A DNA stretch of 64,000 nucleotides from NCBI GenBank assembly GCA_965242525.1, contig OZ251459.1:3520001-3584000 (forward strand), read 5' to 3'. The DNA is from an uncultured Candidatus Binatia bacterium. Lineage in GTDB: Bacteria; Desulfobacterota; Binatia; UBA9968; JAJDTQ01. The notes under the pieces were generated by a model. It saw only the letters and a program-made list of their open reading frames with translations, was not told the DNA's origin and searched no databases. This document shows positions 9,290 to 18,533 of the stretch, piece by piece. A program made the position numbers and the translations under genes. Each line of letters starts with the position of its first letter. The stretch's first letter is position 1.

Positions 9290-10390
9290 ATGAACAGGAT
9301 CGCCACTTTCGACGACTGGACCGACTGCTTCAGGGAATGGCAGAAGGACATCGGGTACGACGCGGACCTGCTGGGGGACTACAGGTTCGAGACCAAGCTC
9401 GGGGACCTCCACAGCGAGGAGGTGGAGTTCGGCGACTACCGGGGCGGACGCAAGTGGGAGCGCGCAGGCCAGATACCCAACCAGGCCGTCCGGGACGCGC
9501 TGCTCACGCTCATCGTCTATCAGGGCGACACCGAGTTCGCCTCGGTGGAGCAGCAGAAGAACCTCCTGGACAACGCCCCCACCGAGTACGACCGGCAGGC
9601 GCTGATCCGCGTCAACAGCGACGAGATGAGGCACGGCTGGCAGATGTGCTACCTGCTGGTGAACTACTTCGGCGACACCGGCAAGCTGGAGGCGCGGAAA
9701 CTGCTGGAGCGCAGGGCCAACGAACAGCAACGCCTCCTGGGGTCGTTCAACCAGCCGGTCCACAACTGGCTGGACTTCTTCACCTACACCCAGTTCGTGG
9801 ACCGGGACGGCAAGTTCCAGCTCACCATGCTCAGCCACTCGGCTTTCGCGCCCCTGGCCCGCAGCGTCTCGGCCATGCTGAAGGAGGAGTTCTTCCACAT
9901 GTTCACCGGGAACACCGGGCTCACGCGCATCGTGAGGGCGAACCGGATCCCCGTGCCCATCATCCAGAAGTACTTCAACAAGTGGCTGTCCACCGCCTAC
10001 GACCTCTTCGGCACCGACCGCTCCTCGTCGGCCCAGTGGGCCTACGTGTGGGGTTTGAAAGGCCGCTTCGACGAGGCCGCGGCCGGGCAGCCCGCGGACC
10101 GGGAGAGGCTCAACGAGACGGCCCGCGCCCACTACCTGGACGAATGCCGGGGACTCGTGGACAACCTCAACCGCTTCGTCCCCGAAGGGGAGCCCCGGCT
10201 CCGGATCCCGGACGTGAAGTTCAACCGCTCCATCGGCGACCACGCCGGCATGACCTACGGCGTCGATGGCGATTTGCTCTCCGACACGGAATATGAGAAA
10301 CATCTTTCCGAGGCGCTCCCCGGGGCAGAGGACGAACGTGTCCTGGACGAGGTCTTCCGGGAGAAGGACTGGGTGCTTCAGATGAACTAG
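9290..10390 (+). CDS. boxB: BoxB-like aryl-CoA di-iron epoxidase (PaaA/BoxB ferritin-like family), short form
   Basis: QGDTEFASVEQQ, DEMRHGW, RLLGSFN, DRDGKFQL, EEFFHM parallel BoxB motifs; AAGGAGA RBS. Confidence 0.8.
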   Translation: MNRIATFDDWTDCFREWQKDIGYDADLLGDYRFETKLGDLHSEEVEFGDYRGGRKWERAGQIPNQAVRDALLTLIVYQGDTEFASVEQQKNLLDNAPTEYDRQALIRVNSDEMRHGWQMCYLLVNYFGDTGKLEARKLLERRANEQQRLLGSFNQPVHNWLDFFTYTQFVDRDGKFQLTMLSHSAFAPLARSVSAMLKEEFFHMFTGNTGLTRIVRANRIPVPIIQKYFNKWLSTAYDLFGTDRSSSAQWAYVWGLKGRFDEAAAGQPADRERLNETARAHYLDECRGLVDNLNRFVPEGEPRLRIPDVKFNRSIGDHAGMTYGVDGDLLSDTEYEKHLSEALPGAEDERVLDEVFREKDWVLQMN

Positions 10391-10487
10391 CGTTTCCCCG
10401 CCGCATCCGCCGGGCCGGCGCCGCGGCCCCGGTCGAACGTGTCCCAGGAGCACGCATGGCAGGACGGGCGGCGGGCGCTCCCCGGCC

Positions 10488-10829
10488 ATGCGCAAGGAGA
10501 ACCCGGTGAAACGATTCTGCCTCGTCTGCCAGAACGTGGACTGCAAGAGTCGAGGCTCCGAAGAGCTGATGCGCGACTTGCGGCAACGGGCGGCGGACAA
10601 GGGCCTGGACGACGTGGAAGTGCGTTCCTACATGTGCTTCGGGGCGTGCCAGGAAGGCCCCAACATGGTCCTCTACCCCGACAAGTTCTGGTACGCCAGC
10701 GTGAAGCGGGAGGACCTGGACGACATCGTGGCGCACTTGGCCGGCGGCCCGCCCGTGGACCGGCTGGACAAGATCGACCCTTCCCTCAAGGAGCTCATCT
10801 ACCAGTTGCTGGACACCGGGGTCTTTTAG
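10488..10829 (+). CDS. Thioredoxin-fold [2Fe-2S] ferredoxin (NuoE-like cluster domain)
   Basis: VCQNVDC...MCFGACQEGPNM (C-x4-C...C-x3-C); true start may be GTG at 10506 after AAGGAGA. Confidence 0.88.
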   Translation: MRKENPVKRFCLVCQNVDCKSRGSEELMRDLRQRAADKGLDDVEVRSYMCFGACQEGPNMVLYPDKFWYASVKREDLDDIVAHLAGGPPVDRLDKIDPSLKELIYQLLDTGVF

Positions 10830-10834
10830 CCGTC

Positions 10835-12070
10835 ATGGAAGGCATCCTGTTCCCGCGAGGCGTGGCCGAGGGACTCGAAGGCCTCGACGCCTATCGTTCC
10901 AGGGACGGCTACCGGGCCCTGGAGCGCAGCCTGCGCGAGCTTTCCCCCCAGGCGGTGATCGCGGAGTTGGAGCGGTCCGGCCTGCGCGGCAGGGGAGGCG
11001 CCGGGTTCCCCACCGCCCGGAAACTCGCCCTGACCCTGGAAAGCCCGGAAACGCCCCGCTACGTGGTGATGAACGGCGGCGAGGACGAACCCGGAAGCCG
11101 CAAGGACCGGGTGCTCATGGAGAACGTCCCCCACCTCGTCCTGGAGGGGGTGGTCCTGGCGGCCTACGCGGTGCAGGCGGAGAAAGCCTACCTCTACATC
11201 AACCGCGGCTACGAAGCGGCCGCGCGCGCCATGGCGACGGCCATGGACGAAGCCAGGGAAGCGGGTTACTGGGGCGAGGACGTCCTGGGTTCCGGTTTCG
11301 GCCTGGAGATCGTGACCGTGGCCGCGCCTTCCAACTACGTGGCGGGGGAGGACACCGCGGCCCTGGAGGTCATCGAGGGGAAGGACCCGCTGCCGCGGCG
11401 GAAGCCGCCCTTCCCCGTCACCGCCGGACTGTTCGGCAAGCCCAGCCTGGTCAACAACGTGGAGACCCTGGCCAACGTCGCGCCGATCCTCGCCCGGGGG
11501 CCGGAATGGTACCGCTCCTTCGGGGCCGGGGAGAGCCCCGGCACCATGCTCTTCTCCCTGGGGGACGAGATGGAAAGGCCGGGCGTCTATGAGCTGCCTT
11601 TCGGGACCCCCTTGCGCTACCTGCTGGAGGAATGCGGCGGCGGGCTGAAAGAGGGCAAGCGCGTCAAGGCCGTCCTTCCGGGCGGGCCGTCGTCGGGGTT
11701 CCTGCGGCCCGAAAACCTCGACGTGCCGCTGGACCACGCCTCCCTGCGCGACGCGGGATCGTCCATCGGATGCGGCGTGGTCAAGGTCCTTGCCGAAGGG
11801 GATTCCGTGCTGGACGAGGTGGCGCGCATCGCGGACTTCTTCGCCCGGGAGTCCTGCGGCCAATGCCCGGCCTGCCGCATGGAGACCAACATGCTGGCGG
11901 CGCTGCTCAGGAAGGTGCAGCAGGGACAGGGCAACGACGCCCTGGTGGAGCAGTTCGGCAAGGTGCTGGAGTTCAACCGGGGGAAGGGGTTCTGCAGCCT
12001 CATCCACATGCCGGGTCCGCCCATCGAGAGCGCGGTCCGGCTGTTCCCCGAAGAGTTCCGCGGCGCGTGA
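10835..12070 (+). CDS. NuoF/HydB-like NAD(P)H-binding FMN [4Fe-4S] flavoprotein
   Basis: SGLRGRGGAGFPT, EDEPGSRKDR, YVAGEDTA, NNVET, GGPSSG, ESCGQCPACR...CSL. Confidence 0.92.
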   Translation: MEGILFPRGVAEGLEGLDAYRSRDGYRALERSLRELSPQAVIAELERSGLRGRGGAGFPTARKLALTLESPETPRYVVMNGGEDEPGSRKDRVLMENVPHLVLEGVVLAAYAVQAEKAYLYINRGYEAAARAMATAMDEAREAGYWGEDVLGSGFGLEIVTVAAPSNYVAGEDTAALEVIEGKDPLPRRKPPFPVTAGLFGKPSLVNNVETLANVAPILARGPEWYRSFGAGESPGTMLFSLGDEMERPGVYELPFGTPLRYLLEECGGGLKEGKRVKAVLPGGPSSGFLRPENLDVPLDHASLRDAGSSIGCGVVKVLAEGDSVLDEVARIADFFARESCGQCPACRMETNMLAALLRKVQQGQGNDALVEQFGKVLEFNRGKGFCSLIHMPGPPIESAVRLFPEEFRGA

Positions 12071-12085
12071 CCGCGGCGGCCCGCT

Positions 12086-12271
12086 TCAGAGGTCGAGGCT
12101 CTTTCGCGGCAGGTTGAAGACCACGCCTTCGCCGTTCCGCACCAGGCAGGTGTCGTTGCTCCACTCCTTGATGACCTCCACCTCGTCTCCCGGCGAGAAC
12201 GACGCGTCCTCGACCCCGGCGTTCTTGGTGGACTGGTACTTGAAGGTAAACGCTTCCTTGACGGTGGCCAT
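12086..12271 (-). CDS. Small hypothetical protein (61 aa, possible SH3-like barrel)
   Basis: GGGAGG RBS; host-like codons; FSPGDEVEVIKEW. Confidence 0.7.
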   Translation of the reverse strand: MATVKEAFTFKYQSTKNAGVEDASFSPGDEVEVIKEWSNDTCLVRNGEGVVFNLPRKSLDL

Positions 12272-12309
12272 CCGAGGCCCCTCCCTTCTCCGTGGACCGC
12301 GCGCCGCGT

Positions 12310-13002
12310 TCAGGCCCTGTCCGGGCTTCGCCAGCTCCCGCGGCGGCCGGGGAGCCGCAACGCCCTCTCCAGGCCCTTCAGGAAAGCCGCGCGGGGGACC
12401 TCCCTGGCGCCGAGGCGCAGCATGTGGGAAGTTGTAACCTGCGCATCGATGAAATGGAAGCCCCAGCCCGAGAGCCGGTGGACGAGACCCGCCAACGCCG
12501 CCTTGGAGGCGTCGGTCTCCCTGTGGAACATGGACTCGCCGAAGAACCCCCCGCCGAGGGCCACGCCATAGACCCCGCCCACGAGCTCCGAGCCGATCCA
12601 GGTCTCCACCGAATGGGCCACTCCGGCGTCGTGGAGACGCACGTAGGCCCTCTCCATCTCCCGGGTGATCCACGTGCCGCCCTGACCGCGCCGCGGGACC
12701 GACGCGCAAGCGCGGATCACGCCCCGGAAGTCCTCGTCGAAGGTGACCCGGAACCGCCCCCGGTTCAGGACCCGCCGCAGGCGCCGGGAGACGTGGAACT
12801 CGCGCAGGTCGAGGACGCACCGGGGGTCCGGCGACCACCACAGGATCGGCTGGCCCTCGCCGTACCAGGGAAAGATACCCATCGAGTACGCCAGCACGAG
12901 GCGCGCGGTCCCCAGGTCGCCTCCCACCGCCAGGAGCCCGTTGGTCTCGGCCTCCTCCGGCGAGGGAAAGGCCAGTTCCCGGTTCAGGCGATAGACGGGC
13001 AT
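12310..13002 (-). CDS. aat: Leucyl/phenylalanyl-tRNA--protein transferase
   Basis: GLLAVGGDL, AYSMGIFPW, WWSPDPR, TWIT, AHSVE, FGESMF, DASK. Confidence 0.95.
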   Translation of the reverse strand: MPVYRLNRELAFPSPEEAETNGLLAVGGDLGTARLVLAYSMGIFPWYGEGQPILWWSPDPRCVLDLREFHVSRRLRRVLNRGRFRVTFDEDFRGVIRACASVPRRGQGGTWITREMERAYVRLHDAGVAHSVETWIGSELVGGVYGVALGGGFFGESMFHRETDASKAALAGLVHRLSGWGFHFIDAQVTTSHMLRLGAREVPRAAFLKGLERALRLPGRRGSWRSPDRA

Positions 13003-13041
13003 GCGTTCCCCGTTCGTACCGAGCCCGCGTCGGTGCAGGCG

Positions 13042-13079
13042 CCCCCCACCCCGGCCCTCCCCCTCGAAGGGGGGAGGGA
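13042..13079. repeat. GC-rich REP-like palindrome (CCCTCCCCC..GGGGGAGGG family)
   Basis: CCCCCACCCCGGCCCTCCCCCTCGAAGGGGGGAGGG; related inverted copy at ~42524-42561. Confidence 0.6.
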
Positions 13080-13130
13080 ATCGGATCGCGAAGCACCCTC
13101 CCCAAGGGAATCGGATCGCGTAGCGAAGGT

Positions 13131-13221
13131 CTCCGTTCGTCCTGAGCGTAGCGAAGCGAAGTCGAAGGACGCGCTTTCCCACGGGGAGAAGGAAATCGAG
13201 CCGGAATGGACCATACGTTCC
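13131..13221 (-). mobile_element. MITE/REP family copy (degenerate end)
   Basis: CTCCGTTCGTCCTGAGCGTAGCGAAGCGAAGTCGAAGGACGCGCTTTCCC ... CATACGTTCC. Confidence 0.7.
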
Positions 13222-13274
13222 ATAATGGATGCAAGGAACCCGTCTTGCTGGTATATTCCCTTGGGGGGACGGAC

Positions 13275-13643
13275 ATGTTCAAGCGGATCGACCACGTGGC
13301 GCTCCACGTCGCGGACCTGGAGCGCGCCATCGCTTTCTACGAGGAGCACTTCGGTTTCCGGAAGTACTTCCAGCACCAGGCCACCGCGGGGATGCAGATC
13401 GCGTACCTCAGGCTGGGGGACACCGTGCTGGAGTTGACCCACAGGAGCGACGGCTCCATGACCGGGTTCCATTTCTGCTTGGAGACCGACAGCTTCGACG
13501 ACACGGTGGCCGAGCTCCGAAGACGCGGCGTGCCGTTGCTGCGGGCGCCCCACGAGACCGCGGCGCGGGAGCCCAGGGAGCAGGGTTGGCGTCGGGTGGT
13601 CTTCGGAGGCCCCGACGGGGAGCAGATCGAGCTGCGCGGCTGA
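13275..13643 (+). CDS. VOC/glyoxalase family protein
   Basis: IDHVALHVADLERAIAFY...GPDGEQIEL. Confidence 0.9.
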   Translation: MFKRIDHVALHVADLERAIAFYEEHFGFRKYFQHQATAGMQIAYLRLGDTVLELTHRSDGSMTGFHFCLETDSFDDTVAELRRRGVPLLRAPHETAAREPREQGWRRVVFGGPDGEQIELRG

Positions 13644-13688
13644 CCGCGGGGTCCACCGTCCCGGGCCTCGGCGCGGGAGATCGGAGCC

Positions 13689-14000
13689 ATGATGGCGGAC
13701 CAGGAACCTCGGACCATCAAGGTGGATTGCCCCTGCTGCGGGGCCGTCCTGATGGTGGACCCTTCGCTGGCGGTGGTGCTGCGCCACGAACTGCCCCCGC
13801 CCCAGCACAAGGCCCCCGAACTCAAGGACGCGGGCCGTCGGCTCCGGGAAGAGGCGACGCAACGCGACCAGAAGTACCGCCACATCCTTGACGCGGAAAA
13901 GGACAAGGGCAAGGTGCTGGACCGCAAGTTCCAGGAACTCCTCAAGAAGGCCAGGGACGAGCCCATCGAGAAGCCCCTGAAGGACATCGACCTGGACTAG
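13689..14000 (+). CDS. Hypothetical protein with N-terminal CPCC zinc-ribbon-like motif and helical tail
   Basis: IKVDCPCCGAVLMVD; GGAG RBS. Confidence 0.75.
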   Translation: MMADQEPRTIKVDCPCCGAVLMVDPSLAVVLRHELPPPQHKAPELKDAGRRLREEATQRDQKYRHILDAEKDKGKVLDRKFQELLKKARDEPIEKPLKDIDLD

Positions 14001-14023
14001 GATTCCCCGCGGACGCCCACGCT

Positions 14024-14071
14024 CGTCGTTCCCGCGAAAGCATGTCCTCGCGGAAGCGGGGACGGGAATCC
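14024..14071. repeat. REP of the GTCATTCCCGCGAAAGCGGGAATCC family (interrupted)
   Basis: CGTCGTTCCCGCGAAAGC...GCGGAAGCGGGGACGGGAATCC between convergent genes. Confidence 0.6.
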
Positions 14072-14086
14072 GGGTTGTCTCTTCCG

Positions 14087-14416
14087 CTAGCCTTCCCGTT
14101 TCAGGGACTCGGGGAAGTAGCGGGACGGGGACCAGACCTGGGCGTTGAAGTTGCGGCAGCCGAGGATTCGGAGCTCGCGCATGATCCGCACGTAGTCCTG
14201 CGATTCCAGGAAACTCTCCCACGCCTGGAGGGAGTCGAGTTCGATCATGATGGCCACCTGGGGGCTGACCTCCAGGGGGTTGCGGAGGTTGCGGATCTCC
14301 CGGACCCCGGGGTGCGCCAGCGCCATGGGCAGCCAGTCGTTCTTGGCCTTGTTGCTGTAGATGGTCAGGTTGGCCTTCTGGTCCGGGAGGTCCCACTGGA
14401 TGATGTAATAGACCAT
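14087..14416 (-). CDS. Hypothetical protein, possible dimeric alpha-beta barrel
   Basis: AAGGAG RBS; HPGVRE...IELDSLQAWESFLESQDY pattern. Confidence 0.7.
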   Translation of the reverse strand: MVYYIIQWDLPDQKANLTIYSNKAKNDWLPMALAHPGVREIRNLRNPLEVSPQVAIMIELDSLQAWESFLESQDYVRIMRELRILGCRNFNAQVWSPSRYFPESLKREG

Positions 14417-14442
14417 GGCTGGCGCTCCTTGCGCAGACGGCC

Positions 14443-15234
14443 TCAGGTGACCGCTCTGACGAGTCCGCCGTCGATGAGCAGCGTGGTCCCGGTGATGTAG
14501 CTGGCCCGCTCCGAGCCGAGGAAGACCACCAGGTCCGCCACTTCCCCGGCCTGCCCGTAACGGCCCAGGGCGATCTCCGCCCTGCTCTGCTTCTGGACCT
14601 CCTCCAGGGGCAGGCCGAGCCTCTTGGCCCGGGCCACGTTGAGGCTGTGGTGCCGCTCGGTGTCGATGCGTCCGGGCAGGACGGTGTTGACGAGGATGTT
14701 GTCGGGGGCGAGCTCCCGGGACAGGGTCTTGGCCCAGCCCACCACGCCCGTGCGGAACGTGTTGGAGAGGATCAGCCCCGGAATGGGCTCCTTGACGCCG
14801 TAGGAGGTGATGTTGACGATGCGCCCCGCCCCCGCCTTCTTCATGTGGGGGACCGCCTCCCGGGTCAGCCGCACCGTGCCCATGAGGCTCAGGTCGAAGG
14901 CCTTGGCCCAGTCGTCCTCGCTCAACGCGTCGAACGCCCCGAACGGCGGCCCGCCGGCGTTGTTGACCACCACGTCCACGCGCCCGAAGGCCTCGACGCT
15001 CCCGGCCACGTAGTTGCGGATGTCGTCGTAACGGGACATGTCCGCCGCGGTGGCGAGGACTTCGCCGCCGGTGGCCTTGCGGATCTCTTCCGCAGCGCGT
15101 TCCAGGGCCTCCCCGCCCCTGGCGCAGACGCTCACCTTTGCGCCTTCCCGGGCGAAACCCTCGGCGATGGCCCGTCCCATGCCCTGACTCGCGCCGGCCA
15201 CCAGCGCCACCTTGCCCGCCAATCCCATCTCCAT
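14443..15234 (-). CDS. SDR family oxidoreductase
   Basis: GASQGMG, VNNAGGPP, NTVLPGRIDT, IDGG. Confidence 0.93.
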   Translation of the reverse strand: MEMGLAGKVALVAGASQGMGRAIAEGFAREGAKVSVCARGGEALERAAEEIRKATGGEVLATAADMSRYDDIRNYVAGSVEAFGRVDVVVNNAGGPPFGAFDALSEDDWAKAFDLSLMGTVRLTREAVPHMKKAGAGRIVNITSYGVKEPIPGLILSNTFRTGVVGWAKTLSRELAPDNILVNTVLPGRIDTERHHSLNVARAKRLGLPLEEVQKQSRAEIALGRYGQAGEVADLVVFLGSERASYITGTTLLIDGGLVRAVT

Positions 15235-15307
15235 CCGGGGCTCCTCGTCGGTTCGAGGGAGTCCGCGGCGCGCCGCCCCATGCAGCGCGCCCGGCGGACG
15301 CCCGCCT

Positions 15308-15553
15308 TCACTTCTGGGTCCAGTAGATGTTGCGGTCGAACTCCGGGTCCAGCCGCATGAGGTAGAGCGCCAACATGCCGTGGGCGCCCAAGGGCCGCAG
15401 CCGCTTGGGGTCGCCGCTCTTGATGGCCGCCACCTCCTCGGCGTCCAGGTCATACCCGGACAACGCCTCTTCCAGGTCGGTCCTGGCCCGGCCCAGGGCG
15501 TCGGGGTCCATCTTCAAGTCGAACAGGAACCGGTTGAGTTGGTAGCGGCTCAT
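15308..15553 (-). CDS. LigA-like small subunit of extradiol ring-cleavage dioxygenase
   Basis: MSRYQLNRFLFDL...YDLDAEEVAAIKSGD..LGAHG pattern; adjacent to LigB-like gene. Confidence 0.8.
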   Translation of the reverse strand: MSRYQLNRFLFDLKMDPDALGRARTDLEEALSGYDLDAEEVAAIKSGDPKRLRPLGAHGMLALYLMRLDPEFDRNIYWTQK

Positions 15554-15595
15554 CGGTGCTCCCCAATGCCTGCGCTGTGGTCCCTGCTTAGCGGA

Positions 15596-16459
15596 TCAGA
15601 TCCGCCAACTGGCGAAGCCCCACCCGGTGGCCACGTGGTCGGGCATGTAGAAGGTCTCCGACGCCGGGGCGTCGCTCACCGCGCCCACCGTGACCATCCA
15701 GTTGAGGAACTCGGAGTTCCCGGACTGCCGCAACTGTTCCAGCGTCAAACCGGCCAGGGCGGGGCCCTCCCCGGCGCGCATCCGCCGGAGCAGGTCTTCG
15801 TCGAAACTCGTGTCGATCTCGCCGATGCGGGGGGATCCCGGGAAGTGCGACAGCCCGCCGGTGGCGAGCATGGCCACCCGGACCGAAGCGTCGTCCGCCA
15901 CCTGCCGGATCAGGCGCCCCAGGGCGTAGCACCGGGCGGGGGTGGGCAGCGGTTCGATCCACGTGTTCACGAATATGGGCAGGATGGGGATCTCCGGTTC
16001 GGGCAGGAGGAAATGCAGCGGCACGGTCTGGGTGTGCTGCAACTCCACGTCCTCGCCGAAGGACAGGTCCAGTCCCGCGGCGACCCCCGCCTCGAGGATG
16101 GCGCGGCCGAGCTCCGGGTGGTTCCGGTAGTGGAACTCGTGCCGGGTGAAGCGGCCCCGGACCTCGTCCGCCAGCGTCACGAAGAAGGTGGGGATATTGT
16201 CGAAGAAGAAGTTGACGAACTGGTCGTTGGCCACGACGATGAGCACGTCGGGCTTGGCCGCCTGGAGGTCGGAGCGAAGCACCGAAAAAGCGTTTTCCGC
16301 GTCCCGCCGCAGCTTCTGCTGCGCCTCCAGGGAAGGCTTGGCTCCGGCCGCCTCGGGCGCCATGCGGTAGTGCAGGCTCATGAACTCTTCCCACTCGGGA
16401 CCCGGGTCCAGGAGGATGTTGGGCGCATGGCTCGCGGCCAACGCAGAGACGAACGGCAT
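15596..16459 (-). CDS. LigB family (class III) extradiol dioxygenase
   Basis: AASHAP, PDVLIVVANDQ, ATGGLSHFPG, GNSEFLNW. Confidence 0.9.
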   Translation of the reverse strand: MPFVSALAASHAPNILLDPGPEWEEFMSLHYRMAPEAAGAKPSLEAQQKLRRDAENAFSVLRSDLQAAKPDVLIVVANDQFVNFFFDNIPTFFVTLADEVRGRFTRHEFHYRNHPELGRAILEAGVAAGLDLSFGEDVELQHTQTVPLHFLLPEPEIPILPIFVNTWIEPLPTPARCYALGRLIRQVADDASVRVAMLATGGLSHFPGSPRIGEIDTSFDEDLLRRMRAGEGPALAGLTLEQLRQSGNSEFLNWMVTVGAVSDAPASETFYMPDHVATGWGFASWRI

Positions 16460-16498
16460 TCGCAATCCTTTCCGGAGCGTGCAGAAAACGACGCTAGA

Positions 16499-16507
16499 TG
16501 GTATAAT
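16499..16507 (+). promoter_or_regulatory. Extended -10 promoter element
   Basis: TGGTATAAT ~70 nt upstream of the L,D-transpeptidase start. Confidence 0.5.
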
Positions 16508-16574
16508 CCGATCCGGGAAATTTCAACCGGCTCCGCCGCAGGGCCGCGGGGACGGAGACAACGGGGACGCTTCC

Positions 16575-17555
16575 ATGAAGGTTGTTCTTTTCATCGTGTG
16601 GATAGTGTGCGGGTTGGCGGCTTTCGCCCCCTCGGCCGCGGCATACGAATGGACGCCGGGCAGCACGGTGTTCGAGTACCGCGAGCCCGCGGAAGGCGGG
16701 GAGGACCGAAGCCTCGGCTCCACCATCATCGGGACCCCCAGGGTGCACTTGGCCAAGGCCAAAGACACCCTGCTGGACATCGCGCGCCTCCATCATCTCG
16801 GTTACCGGGAGTTGCGCCGCGCCAACCCGGACACGGACCCCTGGTTGCCCGGCGCGGGGACCCGGGTCACCCTCCCCGCCCGATGGATCCTTCCCGCGGG
16901 TCCACGGAAGGGGCTGGTCCTCAACATGCCCGAGATGAGGCTCTACCGCTACCTGCCCGACTCCAGGGTCATGACCTTTCCGTTGGGGGTGGGCGTGGAG
17001 GGCGAGGAGACGCCGGCCGGAAAGTACCGCATCGGCCAGAAGCGCACCAACCCGATCTGGTACGTGCCGGTCTCCATCCAGGAAGAGATGGAGATCCCGC
17101 GCAAGATCGTCCCTCCGGGACCCGACAACCCCCTGGGCAAGTACTGGATGCGGCTGTCGAGCACCACCTACGGCATCCACGGCACCAACAACCCCTGGGC
17201 CATCGGCCGCCGCGTGACCCACGGTTGCATCCGCCTCTACCCCGAGGACATCGCGTACCTGTATCCGCAACTCTCCGAGGGCACGCCGGTGCGGGTCATC
17301 TACCAGCACGCCAAAGTCGGCATCCGCAACGGCGACGCCTATTTCCAGATCTACCGGGACGGGGGAGCGGGGAACGGAGTCGTGGGAGACGGCGAGCTCA
17401 TGGCGGACATCATCCGGCAGGTCGCCAGGCTGGAACTCCGCGCCGATTTGCGGAAGGTCCGGGAACTCCTGCTCGAGGTGGCCGACGGGGCCATGACGCC
17501 CCTGCCCATGATGCCCGCGGCGCCCCTGGAAACGGCCGCCCGCACCAACCTCTGA
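16575..17555 (+). CDS. L,D-transpeptidase (ErfK/YbiS family)
   Basis: Signal peptide; PPGPDNPLG, YGIHGTN, THGCIRLYP. Confidence 0.93.
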   Translation: MKVVLFIVWIVCGLAAFAPSAAAYEWTPGSTVFEYREPAEGGEDRSLGSTIIGTPRVHLAKAKDTLLDIARLHHLGYRELRRANPDTDPWLPGAGTRVTLPARWILPAGPRKGLVLNMPEMRLYRYLPDSRVMTFPLGVGVEGEETPAGKYRIGQKRTNPIWYVPVSIQEEMEIPRKIVPPGPDNPLGKYWMRLSSTTYGIHGTNNPWAIGRRVTHGCIRLYPEDIAYLYPQLSEGTPVRVIYQHAKVGIRNGDAYFQIYRDGGAGNGVVGDGELMADIIRQVARLELRADLRKVRELLLEVADGAMTPLPMMPAAPLETAARTNL

Positions 17556-17606
17556 GAGGCGCGCTCCCGAAGCGCACGGCCGCGGGGACCAGCGCCCGCG
17601 GTGCGC

Positions 17607-18461
17607 TCACGTCCGGTACTTCTCGTCCAGGTCGTATTTTTCCTGGAGTCCCACGATCTCGTGGAACTCGTCGAAGGGCAGCAGGCCGTCCATGAGGGCC
17701 TCGGCCGTGCCCTTCTCCCGCAGGTGGGAGTAGTAGCGCTGGAGGGCCAGGGCCGCGGAGTACAGCGGACCCACGGGCCACACCACCAGGGCAAAGCCCA
17801 GGTCCCGGAGCTCCGCGGGCTCCATCAGCGGCGTGACCCCGCGCTCGATCATGTTGGCCACCAGCGGCCCGGGCACGCTGTCGGCGATCTGCCGCATCTC
17901 CTCCCGGCTCTCCGGCGCTTCGATGAAGACCGCGTCGGCCCCGTTCTCCTTGAAGGCGACGCCGCGCCGGATGGCTTCGTCGATGCCCAGGGCTTGGCGC
18001 GCGTCGGTCCGCGCCACGATGAACAGGTCGCCATCCCCTCGGGCCGCCGCCGCGGCGTTGAGCTTCTTCAGGTATTCGTCCAGGGGCACCACCTGCTTGC
18101 CCCTCATGTGGCCGCAGCGCTTGGGCCAGACCTGGTCCTCCAGGAACATGCCCGCGGCCCCCGCACGGGACAGCTCGTTCACGGTGCGGACCACGTTCAC
18201 CGCGTTGCCGTAGCCGGTGTCGGAATCGACGATGACGGGGGTCTGAACCGCGCCGCAGATGCGGTAGATAGTGCCCAGCATCTCCGTCTGCGTCAGGATG
18301 CCGAAGTCGGGCTCTCCCAGGAGCGTGGCCGAGATGCCGTAGCCGGTGGTGAAGATGACGTCGAAACCGGCGCGCGCGGCGATGCGGGCGCTCAGGGCGT
18401 CATAGACCCCGGGCATGACCACGATCCCCTTCCGGTCGAGGGCTTCCTTGACTCTGCTCAT
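17607..18461 (-). CDS. Isocitrate lyase/PEP mutase family enzyme (PrpB-like)
   Basis: DSDTGYG, LEDQVWPKRCGH, IVARTDA, GADAVFIEA. Confidence 0.9.
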   Translation of the reverse strand: MSRVKEALDRKGIVVMPGVYDALSARIAARAGFDVIFTTGYGISATLLGEPDFGILTQTEMLGTIYRICGAVQTPVIVDSDTGYGNAVNVVRTVNELSRAGAAGMFLEDQVWPKRCGHMRGKQVVPLDEYLKKLNAAAAARGDGDLFIVARTDARQALGIDEAIRRGVAFKENGADAVFIEAPESREEMRQIADSVPGPLVANMIERGVTPLMEPAELRDLGFALVVWPVGPLYSAALALQRYYSHLREKGTAEALMDGLLPFDEFHEIVGLQEKYDLDEKYRT

Positions 18462-18533
18462 GGGGGGCCTCCCACTCGGTTCGTTCGGGGCAAGGAGACC
18501 GGCGCCGGGAGTCCGGGGAGGGGCGCCTCGCTG

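Noticed and set aside
10835-12070. Respiratory complex I or hydrogenase operon
   Set aside because: No other nuo, hox or hyd subunits nearby
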